Shown: positions 1 to 12,800 of the stretch, piece after piece
Position numbering within the stretch: the first letter of the stretch is position 1
Layout of the letters: every line of letters begins with the position of its first letter
Assembly (NCBI GenBank): GCA_964016885.1
Contig: OZ024742.1
Location: forward strand, 127,534,001-127,598,000
Direction: 5' to 3'
DNA: 64,000 nt
Source of the DNA: Eledone cirrhosa
Taxonomy: Eukaryota
Notes under the pieces: model-generated
What the model was told of the DNA's origin: nothing
What the model saw: only the letters and a program-made list of their open reading frames with translations
The model's database searches: none
Position numbers and translations under genes: made by a program

Positions 1-1039
1 TAGTACTGTTTGGTATTCCTTCTTAAGTTTCCATAGTTTTTCCCCTCTCTTCTTTTATTTAAACATTGCCTTTCTCCCTTCCCTTCCTCATAAACCTTTT
101 CCTTACTTTCGTTATTTAATTTTTTTCCCCTCTTTCTTTTTCTTTTTGTTATTGCAAACATTATATAACCGAATTGAAATTTGTCGAATAAATAAAAGTT
201 ATATACTCATACATATAGATGTATGTATGTGCACAATCATACGCGTCAGTGTGTAGAAAGTCATAATCACTCTATCTCTCTCATCACAAACTCTCTCTTT
301 CTATGTATATATGGTAGTTGAAGTGGTGGTGGTGGCGACGATATATCGGAAGTGTAGAAATTTGTAAATTTGAAAAGAAGTCAATTTCAAATTATTTATA
401 AATAGGAAATTTAGTACATAAATTATGTAATATTCATTCATTATTTATTCAAAGTAATCCAACTTATTTTACAAACAGGATAAAAAATCTTATTCTGGAT
501 GCAGTCTCACACTCCTTTCTTTATTATAGTTTAGATGTTCATATAGAATGTGTTATTTATCTGTAGCACAGTGCATTAGACACCTGAATGCTATAAACAG
601 TTTAGAAAACATGAATTTCTTACATGAGTGCTCACTTTTCAAGAGAATTACAATAGTTTTCTATTAAACCAAATATGCTTTCATTAAGAACAATTCTGGT
701 ACATTTACAGCTACATTCCAATCTAAGCAACACCAAGTATTCTGCTAGTTGTTTTCCTTAGGGAATAAAAACAAAGAAAAAATGTAGTTAATGTAGAAGA
801 TGTTAAATGAACAACTTGATCATAAATCCATATCTATTAAAGGTAGAAAATATATCATAATAGAAGACAGTTAAGTGATCCTAAGTGATAACATACTGAA
901 AGCCATTGATTGATTTTGTTAACAGGTTTGCAGATGACATAGTGGCAGTAGTGTAGTGGATGGTGATCAGTTCACAGCTCAGCCCATCTCTTAGCACAAA
1001 CATCCAGCACAGAATCAAAGAGATCAGAGATAATAACAA

Positions 1040-1640
1040 AATCAATTATTGTGTGATATTTGACGGGTTATTAAAGAAATTGGGGAGAGGAGTTGAGTCC
1101 ATGAGGGAAACAGGACCCAAGGCGGTAAATCAGACTGTTCAGTCCTGGTGCACGAGGCCTGTGACCCGTGATGTAAAAGGGCACCCAAGACTGAGTGACC
1201 AGGAGAATGGAAATGACGGGTGACAGGAGTATACAAACCAAGTCGTATGTCCCTCCTCAAATGTTCAGCAAAATAGTCCGCCATACAGCGTCCCGTTTGT
1301 CCGATGTATAAAGACTCGCAAAGGGAACACCGGAGGGCATAGGCAACATGGGAGGATGTGCTGGTGAAGGAGTGGTGGATACGGAATGACCCGTTAGGGC
1401 CTGTGAGATTGGTGAGGGTGGAAATGAAGGGACAAGTGTTGCAGCGGGGACGAGAACAAGGATGAGAGCCGGGTGGAGTCGTAGGAGAGGACGAGAAGGA
1501 ACTGCGTACCAGGAGGTTGCAGAGGCTATGGGCGTGCTTAAATGCGGTAATGGGTAGGTTAGGAAAAAAGCGAGAAGTGACGGGGTCAGAAGAGAGGGTG
1601 CGGAAGGATTAAAGGATATGTCACCGGAGTGGTAGGGTGA
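1040..1640 (-). mobile_element. Penelope-like element fragment (Neptune-like linker plus GIY-YIG endonuclease)
   Basis: Minus frame reads LPITAFKHAHSLCNLLVRS...PGSHPCSRPRCNTCPFI...TGPNGSFRIHHSFTSTSSHVAYALRCSLCESLYIGQTGRCMADYFAEHLRRDIRLG..TPVTRHF..PGHS; in-frame stop upstream. Confidence 0.85.
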
Positions 1641-1686
1641 TATATATATATATAGAAGAGGTTCCACAACAGTTAATACACCATTT

Positions 1687-1728
1687 CCGAGAACAATTTG
1701 TTTCACCTGAAACGGATCATCAGCTCGG
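1687..1728 (-). ncRNA. Minimal type I hammerhead ribozyme motif
   Basis: Minus strand: CCGAG-CTGATGA-TCCGTTTCAGGT-GAAAC-AAATT-GTT-CTCGG (stem I CCGAG/CTCGG, GUU triplet). Confidence 0.65.
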
Positions 1729-2114
1729 TTATATAAATATAAAATTAAAGTTGTGTTTATATATATATAAATATAGCTTCAATTTTAATTCAAACACAAT
1801 TTTTTTCTTTTTATTTCTATCTGCATAATGACTTTCTTATACACATATTCATACATATAGGGGAAAATGTCACCATTAAATTATCTGGCAATTATCCAAT
1901 TAATTGGGCCTTTATCAATATATGGTAATGTATAATGTGTTAGAAATCAATTTAAGCCTATGTAAATACATGTTTGTGAAACCTTTCTTACATAATCAAC
2001 AGATATGCTTGATTCAATTGTTGACATAAATACGAATGTGCCTCTGTGGCAAAACAAATACATTAATCCAAGATATTCCTTATAATCTTTTTTTTTCTGT
2101 TTTCTTTGTTACAG

Positions 2115-2132
2115 ATCAAAAAGAGATTCAGA
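2115..2132 (+). CDS. PNPO: Probable 18-nt upstream microexon of PNPO
   Basis: Long polypyrimidine tract ending in ACAG, then ATCAAAAAGAGATTCAGA, then GTGAGT. Phase 1/1; joins exon 3373 in frame to give QKEIQNMRTPY. Confidence 0.6.
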
Positions 2133-3374
2133 GTGAGTTGTATTTACTTTTGATAACTTATTGAAACAATCAATTGATGAGAAGTTGAGAAAACCAGTAG
2201 AAAGTGGTAGAAATATATTTCTACCACTTTAGACCGACTTTCTAAAGATCTCATCAATTATTACATATCTCACATTGTTTCATATTAACTTTCATAGTTT
2301 TGTTCTACTAAATTACTCTTTCATTGATTTATTTTAAATATGCTAGCGTGGAAGAACGGATGTAAAACGGTGATGATGATGATGACACAGTAAATGTTAA
2401 AATATTCTAACAAACAGATACAGTGTAAAATTGACATATAATATTTAATGTTTCTTTTTCTTATCCTTTTAAGAATATTTACATTAATTTGTCTTTGCGT
2501 CTTGGTAGAAAGTGTTTGTGTAAATCTAGACATTTACATATTATTGGAGAATTTTGATTTTCTAGCTTGGTTCTCCTTTCAATATCTCACTATACAATTG
2601 TGAAGTAGGAATAGATCTTGTTTGTAAACTGGGCAGATTTAGGCAAGTAGAATTTTGTACTTTACCCAAATAGCAAAAACATTGTAGGTTTCAATTTATG
2701 CCATTGTGCTCCTTAAAAAGAAAACAAAGATATTGAGATAGATAGGATTCCTTATTCAATATGAAAGTATTGGAGCAATGTATTGAATTATGTGGGAATC
2801 GATTTATTGATGTAGAAGTTATTTATTTTAAGATATTGTTTGGTCTGGGATAATGTTATAAATTCTGGCATTATAGCATTCGAGGATTCCTCATTTCATA
2901 AGCACCGAATGAGTCACCATAGTGTAGAACTTCCAGAAAGCCAAATCAGTGACAATATTTTGAGGTGTGGTCAAGTTATCTAATTGGCTAAACCAAACTA
3001 AGATTTGTTTTATTTTGTTTCCAAAAGGTTCTTGTATCCCACAAATGTTAGCATGAAAAATATGATTGATTTTCATGTAGTGAAGTTAATGAACATACAA
3101 AAAGACTGGGGTGATCAAGTGTGAAACATAGGTTTGCTTGATCAGGGTTGACCTAGGGCTAAACAACTACAACAAAAACTGTAGAGTAGGTTCAATTCTT
3201 GTAATTTCCCTTCCTTTACACCACAACTTCTTATTTCTACTACCATAAAATATATAAAGCCTTTGTGCCAAGTCAAAAGAAAACAAAATTAAATTTGGTT
3301 ATTTGACTTATAAAATAATAATAATCCAAGGAATCCGTTAATAGTTTTAACATAATCTGGTCTCCCTCTTAGAT

Positions 3375-4582
3375 ATGCGAACACCTTACCGTTCCAATCA
3401 GGATATTTTTGACTTGTCAAAACTTGTCTCCAGAAATCCTATGAAGCAGTTTCAAGCTTGGTTCCAAGAAGCTGTTAGCCACCCTCAAATTAATGAAGCT
3501 AATGCTATAGCTTTAGCTACTGCACCACTGTAAGCTATTTTTATTGTTACCTTACCAATTAACATATTAATTAACTATTAAATGTTATTATAGTTAATCA
3601 GTTTTATTTTGTAAAATAATTTGCTATTATCATATTAAAACCATTATTATTACTGTTGTTGTTATTGTTGTTAGAGCAGTGGATTGGCAAAATTGTTAGA
3701 GCATTAAACTAAATACTTTACAGTATTTACACATACTTAGGGCTCTTTACATTCTGGGTTCAAATCCTGCAGCAGTCAACTTTCCCCTTCTTACATCTAA
3801 AGTTGATAAAATAAAGTACCAGTAATGCACTGGCGTCGATTTAATTGACTTTCCCTTCCTGTCAAATTGATCCAAATCTCAATTATTTAATCAACTACAT
3901 TTGTTCCTATTCAGAGATTCATCTTGTACAAAATCATGAACATTGTAATCTATCATACCTAACTGTTATGTGCATCACCAGCACGACCATCACCACCACC
4001 ACGACCATCACCACCACTACTATCACCACCACTACTATCACCACCACTACTATCACTACTATCACTACCATCACCATCACCATCATCACCACCACTATCA
4101 CTACCATCACCACCATCACCACCATCACCACCACTACCATCACCACCACTACCATCACCACCACTACCATCACCACCACTACCACCACCACTACTATCAC
4201 CACCATCACCACCATCACCACCACTACCATCACCACCACCACCATCACCACCACCACCATCACCACCACTACCATCACCACCACTACTATCACCACCACT
4301 ACTATCACCACCACTACTATCACCACCACTACTATCACCACCACTACTATCACCACCATCACCACCACTACCATCACCACCATCGCCACCATCACCATCA
4401 TCACTACCATCACCCATCACTACCATCACCATCACCACTACAATCACCATCACTATCACTACCATTGTTACCACCACTACCATCACCATTGTTGTTACAT
4501 TAACCCCCTTTGATACTGAGCTGTCCCAAATCACCTCTGATTCTATGAAACAAAAGAGTTCCTATTTATTTAATACCTTCCA

Positions 4583-4619
<37 letters not shown>

Positions 4620-6158
4620 TTATTCCGGGTTAAATCAGAGGTAACCACAGTAAGTAAGGTACTCAATACATAGCAGAGTATAAAGGTTTTAATAGAGAAG
4701 AGCTTCTACAGGACTAGAACTGTTTCATTCATGAGAAATCATCAGGAAGCTGGCTGTCCAAGTAAATGGTAGTATTTATGTCTTTCCTTATCTGGTGGTA
4801 GGAGAGGATGGGGATGGGTGTAGGTCATTGGTTGAAGGATTTAAAGAAAAGGGAGTTCATTAAAAGCTAATTCTTTAAAGCTATAATATTAACAAAGGCA
4901 GAAAGAATACTGTAAACAAGTTCAAAATTGGAATACCAATCCTTGTTTATCACTTAAAGTAACAATGCCTGTATGACAGGTGTCTACAGGATGGGTGGGA
5001 TTCAATGGTTAAAAGAAAAAGGAAATTCTTTAGAAGCTAATTCTTTAAGGCTGAAATAAGGGTGACAAAGGCAGAAAGGTTCCATCAACAGATTCAAGTG
5101 TTGGGGTGAACCCCCTACAGTGAAGTTTCTCTTAATATATATTCCAGGTGTCAACAAACACATTCACACAGGCGCCCACTTACACACGTACACACACGCA
5201 CACACAGGCAGGCACACACACAACAGACATACATAATGGTACTGGACAAATCAAATCAGACAACACTCACCTCCTATGTTTGGGACCTCAAAAGGAACTC
5301 CACCCCTTAACGCTTAAATGGAAAATACTCCAGAAAGCGCGGTCATACAAGGGAGGACACAAGTGCTGCGACCTTTGTATCTCAGAGAGCTACAAAATAT
5401 TATTTGCCAAGGGCCCGCTACTGAACAAGCTCTCTGAACACTGCCCGAATTGCATGCACAAAAACTTTGCAACTCTCAAACACCTTAAGCTAGTGTTAAC
5501 GCCAGATGGCTAAAAAAGACCTCACTTTTTATAAACCCCACTCGACAAAATACCCCCTCCACCTCCTTCCCACTCTACCCCTACCCCCTCTCGACCCGAA
5601 ACACGTCACTATGGTCATGTAAGTACTTCTTACCTATCTGCTCTTTCCGCATGTAGAGCGTACTTCTTCTTTATACTGTATATGTGTGTGTGTGTGTATG
5701 TATGTATGTGTGTGTGTGTGTATGTATGTATGTGTATGTGTATGGGTGTATATATTTATATATTTATATGTATATATATATATATGTGTATATGTATATA
5801 TATATATGTATATGTGTATATGTATATATATATATATGTATATGTGTATATGTATATATATATATGTATATGTGTATATGTATATATATATATGTATATG
5901 TGTATATATATATGTATATGTGTATATGTATATATATATATGTATGTGTATATGTATATATATATATGTATATGTGTATATGTATATATATATATGTATG
6001 TGTATATGTATATATATATATGTATGTGTATATGTATATATATATATGTATATGTATGTGTATATGTATATATATATATATGTATGTGTATATGTATATA
6101 TATATATATATATATGTATGTGTATATATATGTATGTGTATATGTATATATGTATATA

Positions 6159-6212
<54 letters not shown>

Positions 6213-6224
6213 AGTATGTATGTG

Positions 6225-6276
<52 letters not shown>

Positions 6277-6292
6277 AGTATGTATGTGTATG

Positions 6293-6323
<31 letters not shown>

Positions 6324-6411
6324 GGTTTAATATATGAACAAAGAACATAAAACAGAGATGCAGCACTATTGACATGGTTTTTGATTTCACCTATATATAC
6401 ATGTATATGTG

Positions 6412-6455
<44 letters not shown>

Positions 6456-6531
6456 TGTATATGTATGTGTATATATGTGTATATATGTGTGTATGTGTGT
6501 GTATATATATATATATATGCATGTATATGTG

Positions 6532-6567
<36 letters not shown>

Positions 6568-6849
6568 TGTATATGTATGTGTATATATATGTATATATGT
6601 GTATATATGTGTGTATGTGTGTGTAAATGTATGTGTGTGTATATATATATGTGTGTGTGTACGTGTGTATATATGTGTGTATAGGTGTATGTATGAATAT
6701 ATATATATATGTGTGTTGGCGTGTTTATGCATGAGAGCGTGTGTGTGCGTGTATATGTATATATATATATATATATATATTTGTATATGTATGTTTGTAT
6801 GTATGTATATGTGTGTATATGTATGTATGGGTGTGTATGTGTCAGCATA

Positions 6850-6897
<48 letters not shown>

Positions 6898-9800
6898 TGT
6901 GTGTATATACACGGTGCGGACGATATTTGTTCGCAATTTTCAACTGCGAAGTTTATGCAAATTTTTTTTACTTCCGTTGTCACTCTTGTCTTCATAAAAA
7001 CAGTGACTATATTTCCATTATTTATTTTCAGAATAATTGATTATGAATAATTTTGAACCTCCAAATTTGTGGAAGAGACACAGAGTTTTTCTTGGAATCC
7101 GTGCCGGGAGGACAAATATGACCAGAAGATCAACTCCCAGAACAACAGGTGGCTCGCTGTCTCATCCAAAGACGTGCCCAGAGTCATGCAGACAAAGTTT
7201 CCAGCGACAACATTGGTCTTAGGGGTCGTCAGCAGTCAACTTCTTCCCTGAGGGCCTCAAGCTGAACACCGATGGCTACATCCGCGTTCTGAGCGAGGTA
7301 GTAAAGCCCTGGATCGACCAGGTAGCTGCAGGTAGGCCGTACATGTGGCAGCAAGACTCAGCGCCCTGCCATACCAGCCGAAAGACCCAAGCCTGGCTGT
7401 CAGAGAACTTCGTCGACCACACTTCACCTGACATCTGGCCTCCCAGCTCGCCTGATTGCAACCCCCTCGACTTCTTTGTGTGGGGCGCAGTGGAAGGAGA
7501 CACCAACAGATCTAGCTGCAATACGAAAGACAATCTGAAGGCCAGGATTACAAGTGCCTTTAGGGGCCTAAGTCGGGGGACAGTGACGAAGGCCTGTAGC
7601 CGGTTCCGAGGCCGCCTTGAAGCCGTCATCAAAGCCAATGGCGGGTTTATCGAGGAAGATCGAAAGAACAAGTCATGAAGACAAACTGACTCAAGTTTGA
7701 AAAATAAATCTTAAAAAATAAAACTACTGTGTTATTTTTTCCTAGACAGTAATCTTGCGAACAAATATCGTCCGCACCCTGTATATATATGTATATGTAT
7801 GCGTATGTATGTACACATATATACGTATATGTGTATGTATGTATGTGTGTATGTACCATTATGTATGTTTGTTGTGTGTGTGCCTGCCTGTGTGTGCGTG
7901 TGTGTGCGTGTGTGTACGTGTGTAAGTGGGTGCTAGTGTGAATGTGTTTGTTGACACCTGGAATATATATTAAGAGAAACTTCACTATAGGGCGTTCACC
8001 CAACACTTGAATCTGTTGATGGAACCTTTCTGCCTTTGTCACCCTTATTTCAGCCTTAAAGAATTAGCTTCTAAAGAATTTTCTTTTTCTTTTAACCATT
8101 GAACTCCACTCATCCTGTAGATACCTGTCTTACAGGCATTGTTACTTTAAGTGATAAACAAGGATTGGTATTCCAATTTTGAACTTGTTTACAGTATTCT
8201 TTCTGCCTTTGTTAATATTATAGCTTTAAAGAATTAGCTTTTAATGAACTCCCTTTTCTTTAAATCCTTCAACCAATGACCTACACCCATCCCCACCCTC
8301 TCCTACCACCAGATAAGGAAAGACATAAATACTACCATTTACTTGGACAGCCAGCTTCCTGATGATTTCTCACGAATGAAACATTTCTAGTTCTATAGAA
8401 GCTCTTCTCTATTAAAACCTATATATATATATATATATATGTTAGAGGGTATTAATATTTTGTTAAGTTACATTTCAAATACCATTTTAATAATGAAATG
8501 ATTAATAATTTTAGTAAACTCCTTCAAATTCTACATTAATTAATTGAAATATTAACCTTCAACATTAACCATAATTATTCCTTTCTTTCTTTCTACTAGA
8601 TCAGGCCAACCATCTGTGCGAATGTTATTACTGAAGGGGATTACTTCAGAAGGGTTCCATTTCTACACCAACTTTGAAAGTCGTAAAGCTCAGGAAATAG
8701 TATGTATAAGTAATTATTATTTTTTTAATTTCTCATTTATAATCACCATCATCATCACTGTTTAACTTCTATTTTCCATGTTTTCAAGAGTTAGATGGGC
8801 TGTCATGTTATGAGGCTAGACAGGTCAGAGGACCTTGTCTTGCTCATAAATTCTGCTTTTGACTTGATTTTCTAAGGCAGGATGCCCTTCCTAATGCCAA
8901 CCATTTTACAGCATGTTCTGGGAGCTTTTTTTGTGGTACCACCACTTCCACATTACAGCACGTACTAGGAGCTTTTTGATGGCACCAGCTCTCCCACTTA
9001 CTAGAGTGCTTTTTGTCATTACAGCTGATAAAAACATTAAACAAAGAAACAAAACTATTGATGTTTTTTTGTTCATAATTACAACATCCATTGAAGCATG
9101 CTAGGTTCATTTCTCTCCAGCATTCACATATCCTCTGCAGTTGCTGCCCACGTCTCACTACCATGCAGCATTGCACATCTCACACAGGCATCATACTATA
9201 TATATTTCTGTGAGCATATGTGATAACACTTGAATGACTGAGCAAAAATATCCAGGCATACGCACTACATGAAAAAATAATAGTAAAGTGGGTGCTAATA
9301 TACTTGATGTAATCAAAACTACACCCGTAATGATAAGAAGAAAATAATTAACTTAATAACTAATTCTGGTCAAGAAAGGCAGGGAATTGAGGTCATAATT
9401 TAAATTCATGAAATATAGAATGCAGTTGGGAGTGATAAGAGTTAATATACTGTTAAAATATTTAATGTCTAAAAAAAGTCTGAAGTTTGTCTGAAGCCTG
9501 GACACTCATGAAGTCAGTGTTTAACTCAGTTTTCATGCCATGAAGAGTACAACACTCCCACTATGGACAGAACACCAATCCTTGGCAATATTTAATGTAC
9601 CTAGCATTAAATATCTAAATGGAAATAATTATGTGGTGAGAAAAAACAAGTTTTCATCAATCATTATTTGAATCATTGCACCAAGTATGGAATACTGTTC
9701 GTGTTATATCTATATTTTACTAAACCTTCCCAGAAAATACTAGTCTACATGCCAAAATAGTGATAAGAAAGTCACTAAGCAAATGTACAATAGTGTACGT

Positions 9801-12800
9801 GAATAGACAGGAAAAATTAGCACTTGTATACGATAACAATTCTTTATTTTTAATCATATTATTAATTTATCTTTTGACATTATTTTTTAGGTTGATTTTA
9901 TATATATATATATATATTGTTTTAAAGAAGCTTTTAGAGGCACAATGGTTGTTATGGTCAAATGTTACTATTGTGGCTATTGTATTTAGTCCTGGCTAAT
10001 GTTACATAATTCTACTTGCTTTAGAGTGTTTCATTGATTAACTAATTGCACTATGAGGTAGTCACTCAACCTGCTAGAAATAGCAGCCACATTTCCCTCA
10101 AATTACAATACTTACTGTCTTAAAAGAAAAAGGAAGGAAACAATAAATACATAATAACCAGAAAAACAAAAGGGTATGGTCACAGCTTGAATGCTTTTAA
10201 AGATAGGCATGCTTAATCAAGGTAGACATTTGGGCTAAACAACTGCAGGTTCCACTCTCTTTTTATCAGTTAAGAAATTAGCTGTAGGAACAGCATCCAG
10301 CTACTCCAAAACCATTCTACCATAAGGAAATGAATGTAAAACAATTCATTACCTTCTACGTTGTGGTTTATCTTCAGGTCCGCTCTGATTGAAAAGACAT
10401 AGAAACATTTAAGACAGGACCATTCTCTCTTTTTTCATTAATTATGTACACCCAACTACATTATCTAATGGAATTGTTTAAGATAGTAGTAGAGTTTGAT
10501 TGAAGTTTAATTTGACTGCTATTTCTAGCAGGTCAGACGGCCATGTAGAGGCTCTTTTGTTAAATCATCTTCATTTATTTTTACTTCTAAGTATAGGTCA
10601 GTTGGCTTTGAAGTAAATAATAATAATAATGAAAATTGTTGTGTACAGTGCTCAGAGACTGGTGATGCAAATTCTAAGTGTGGACGCACCATAGCTATGT
10701 ACAGCTTTAAATAGATAGCTGGAGAGCAGCTGACAAAGGTCTTACTGAGTGATGCTAAGACACCCTTGGCCTTCTTGACAATTTTAGTTATATGCTTTAG
10801 ATATGTTTTGTCCATTGCAAATCACTGTTGTACATTGACACTCCTTTTCTATCCTTTGTCATTTCATCTGAGAAGTCTAACATACTTAAATCTGAACTCA
10901 CGACCTCTTCTCACAGCTGCATCTGTCATGGTTATCCTCTATCTTTGATTCTGAACATTTTTTCACCCTATAAGTGTTATCCATTTGAATTACATAGCCA
11001 CAGGAGTATAGCTGATTACACCGTGTAACAAAAAAAATATTTCTCTGTTCCTGGCTTGTAATCACTTTTTTGTGTTGCTTAGGTCCCAAATAAATTTAAA
11101 AAAGAGCTATTAAACAGTTAAAAGTTTGGGTTTGTAAAAATTCTAAGCTATTCACTAGAATTATTTGTATGCTGGATTTTACGTTGTATGTAAGTTTAAT
11201 TTTCTTATGTTAAATGATTTTTTTATGGACCAACAAATATTTACTTCTAATTGCAATGTGCAACATAGTATGATGTAAAAGTTGTCAAAGACCAGCAAAA
11301 CATTGGTATGGTCCATCAATGATTCACATAACCACCACATTTACATCACTGTATTAGGTGACATGTAACTGTAACAGGTTAAGTAAGGTAGGAAATTTAA
11401 ACTAATTTAATTTTCTTTCAAGTTTCAATGTCATCAACTGCAATGATCCAGAGATTTTGTTTTTGAATACAATCAGTTATCAGTCAAATTGTGGTTACAA
11501 AGTATAAATTTTAGTCATAAAGAAAGCTGATAATTACAAAAATCTAGAAACCCTATTTAGATTTGTTTTTTAGTAATATACTCCCAGGCCTAGATACTCT
11601 ATTTAAATTTGTTTTTTAGTAATATATTCACAGAGAAAGTAAGCAGTTAAACATAGATAAGAAATCTAAATTGTGGTTATTAAATATGCATTGTCATCAT
11701 AGATACAAGGAAGTTACACACCACCCACACCCAAGGTCACTTGATTCACCCATTTGTTTCCTTGTTATTTATGTTGAGCCTCTTTATCCTGAGAACTGAT
11801 TTCTTTCCCTACAGGTATCAACTCGCAGACATTCAAATTGAGCATTAACAATTTCATCTTTACCAGTCAGGAGGCAGCTGCAATATTTATAGACTCTATC
11901 TTTACTATTACTAAAATTTAAAGAAAGAAACAATTTAACTGTAAACAAATAATTTTTTTTTTCAGGCGGAGAATCCTTTGTGCAGTTTTTGTGTACACTG
12001 GGAACCTTTAAATCGTTCTGTAAGTTTAATTCAAACATTTTGTTATAATAATTATTTTTCTAGGGACCTATTTTTTTTATTGATTATCTGCATACAGCAG
12101 ATTATATTTTAACCCTTTAGCATTTACATTACTCTATATTTACTATTATAAACACTTTACCTCACATAATATTGAATCTATGAGATTTTGATATTATTTA
12201 TTTTGAGAACAATACCTTAACATAAGTATGAGCAGCCAGATATGGCTGGTTTGAACAGAAATAGGTGAGAGAATTCTGGCTGGATATGGCCAGTTTAAAT
12301 GCTAAAGGGTTAATAGATATTTCAATATCTTTTGCTTCATGGAATTTTGCAGTTGTAATATTTGTTATCAGTTGTGTCTATTTTCAACATATACTTGAAG
12401 ACCTAGGTTCTCACCCTTTTATGCTCCATTCCTCCCCAAGACATCCTGATTTTTCAAATGCAATTCCTTGTTTAATAAATTGAGTTTTTGGAAAATGTCA
12501 GCCAAATAAACGACCAATAATTTTCCGTCAGCTCTTTGAAGGATGTTCGTGTGGGAACTCTCAGGTAAAAACTTCATAACCTCATCGAATAATTCGAAAA
12601 AGCGGGCAAAACATCTGATGTCAGTATGTAGGATAAGATTGACATGTTGTTTGTCGATGTCCTTGCAGTATTTCTGAAAAAGACGATCAGTCTTGGGATT
12701 TGCCTTGATTAAATTTACGCACGACACAACAGCATGTACTACTTTCTGTAATTCTGGTGAAAGATATCTGGAAGCCAAGTTTTCCTGATGAAGGACGCAG

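Larger units (their letters stand above)
4621..8420 (+). mobile_element. 5'-truncated Penelope-like element with inverted terminal repeat copy
   Basis: GIY-YIG C-terminal remnant at ~5310-5513 ([30 protein letters not shown]...LLNKLSE..PNCMHKN). Arms 4684-5242 and 7853-8420 are reverse complements and carry a hammerhead core. Flanked by (TA)n. Confidence 0.8.

Noticed and set aside
3845-4534. Poly-Thr, poly-His and Gly/Asp-rich ORFs
   Set aside because: Translations of a stop-free trinucleotide repeat inside a PNPO intron.
5682-7050. Many 100-270 aa YI/CV-rich ORFs
   Set aside because: Artefacts of TA/TG microsatellites.
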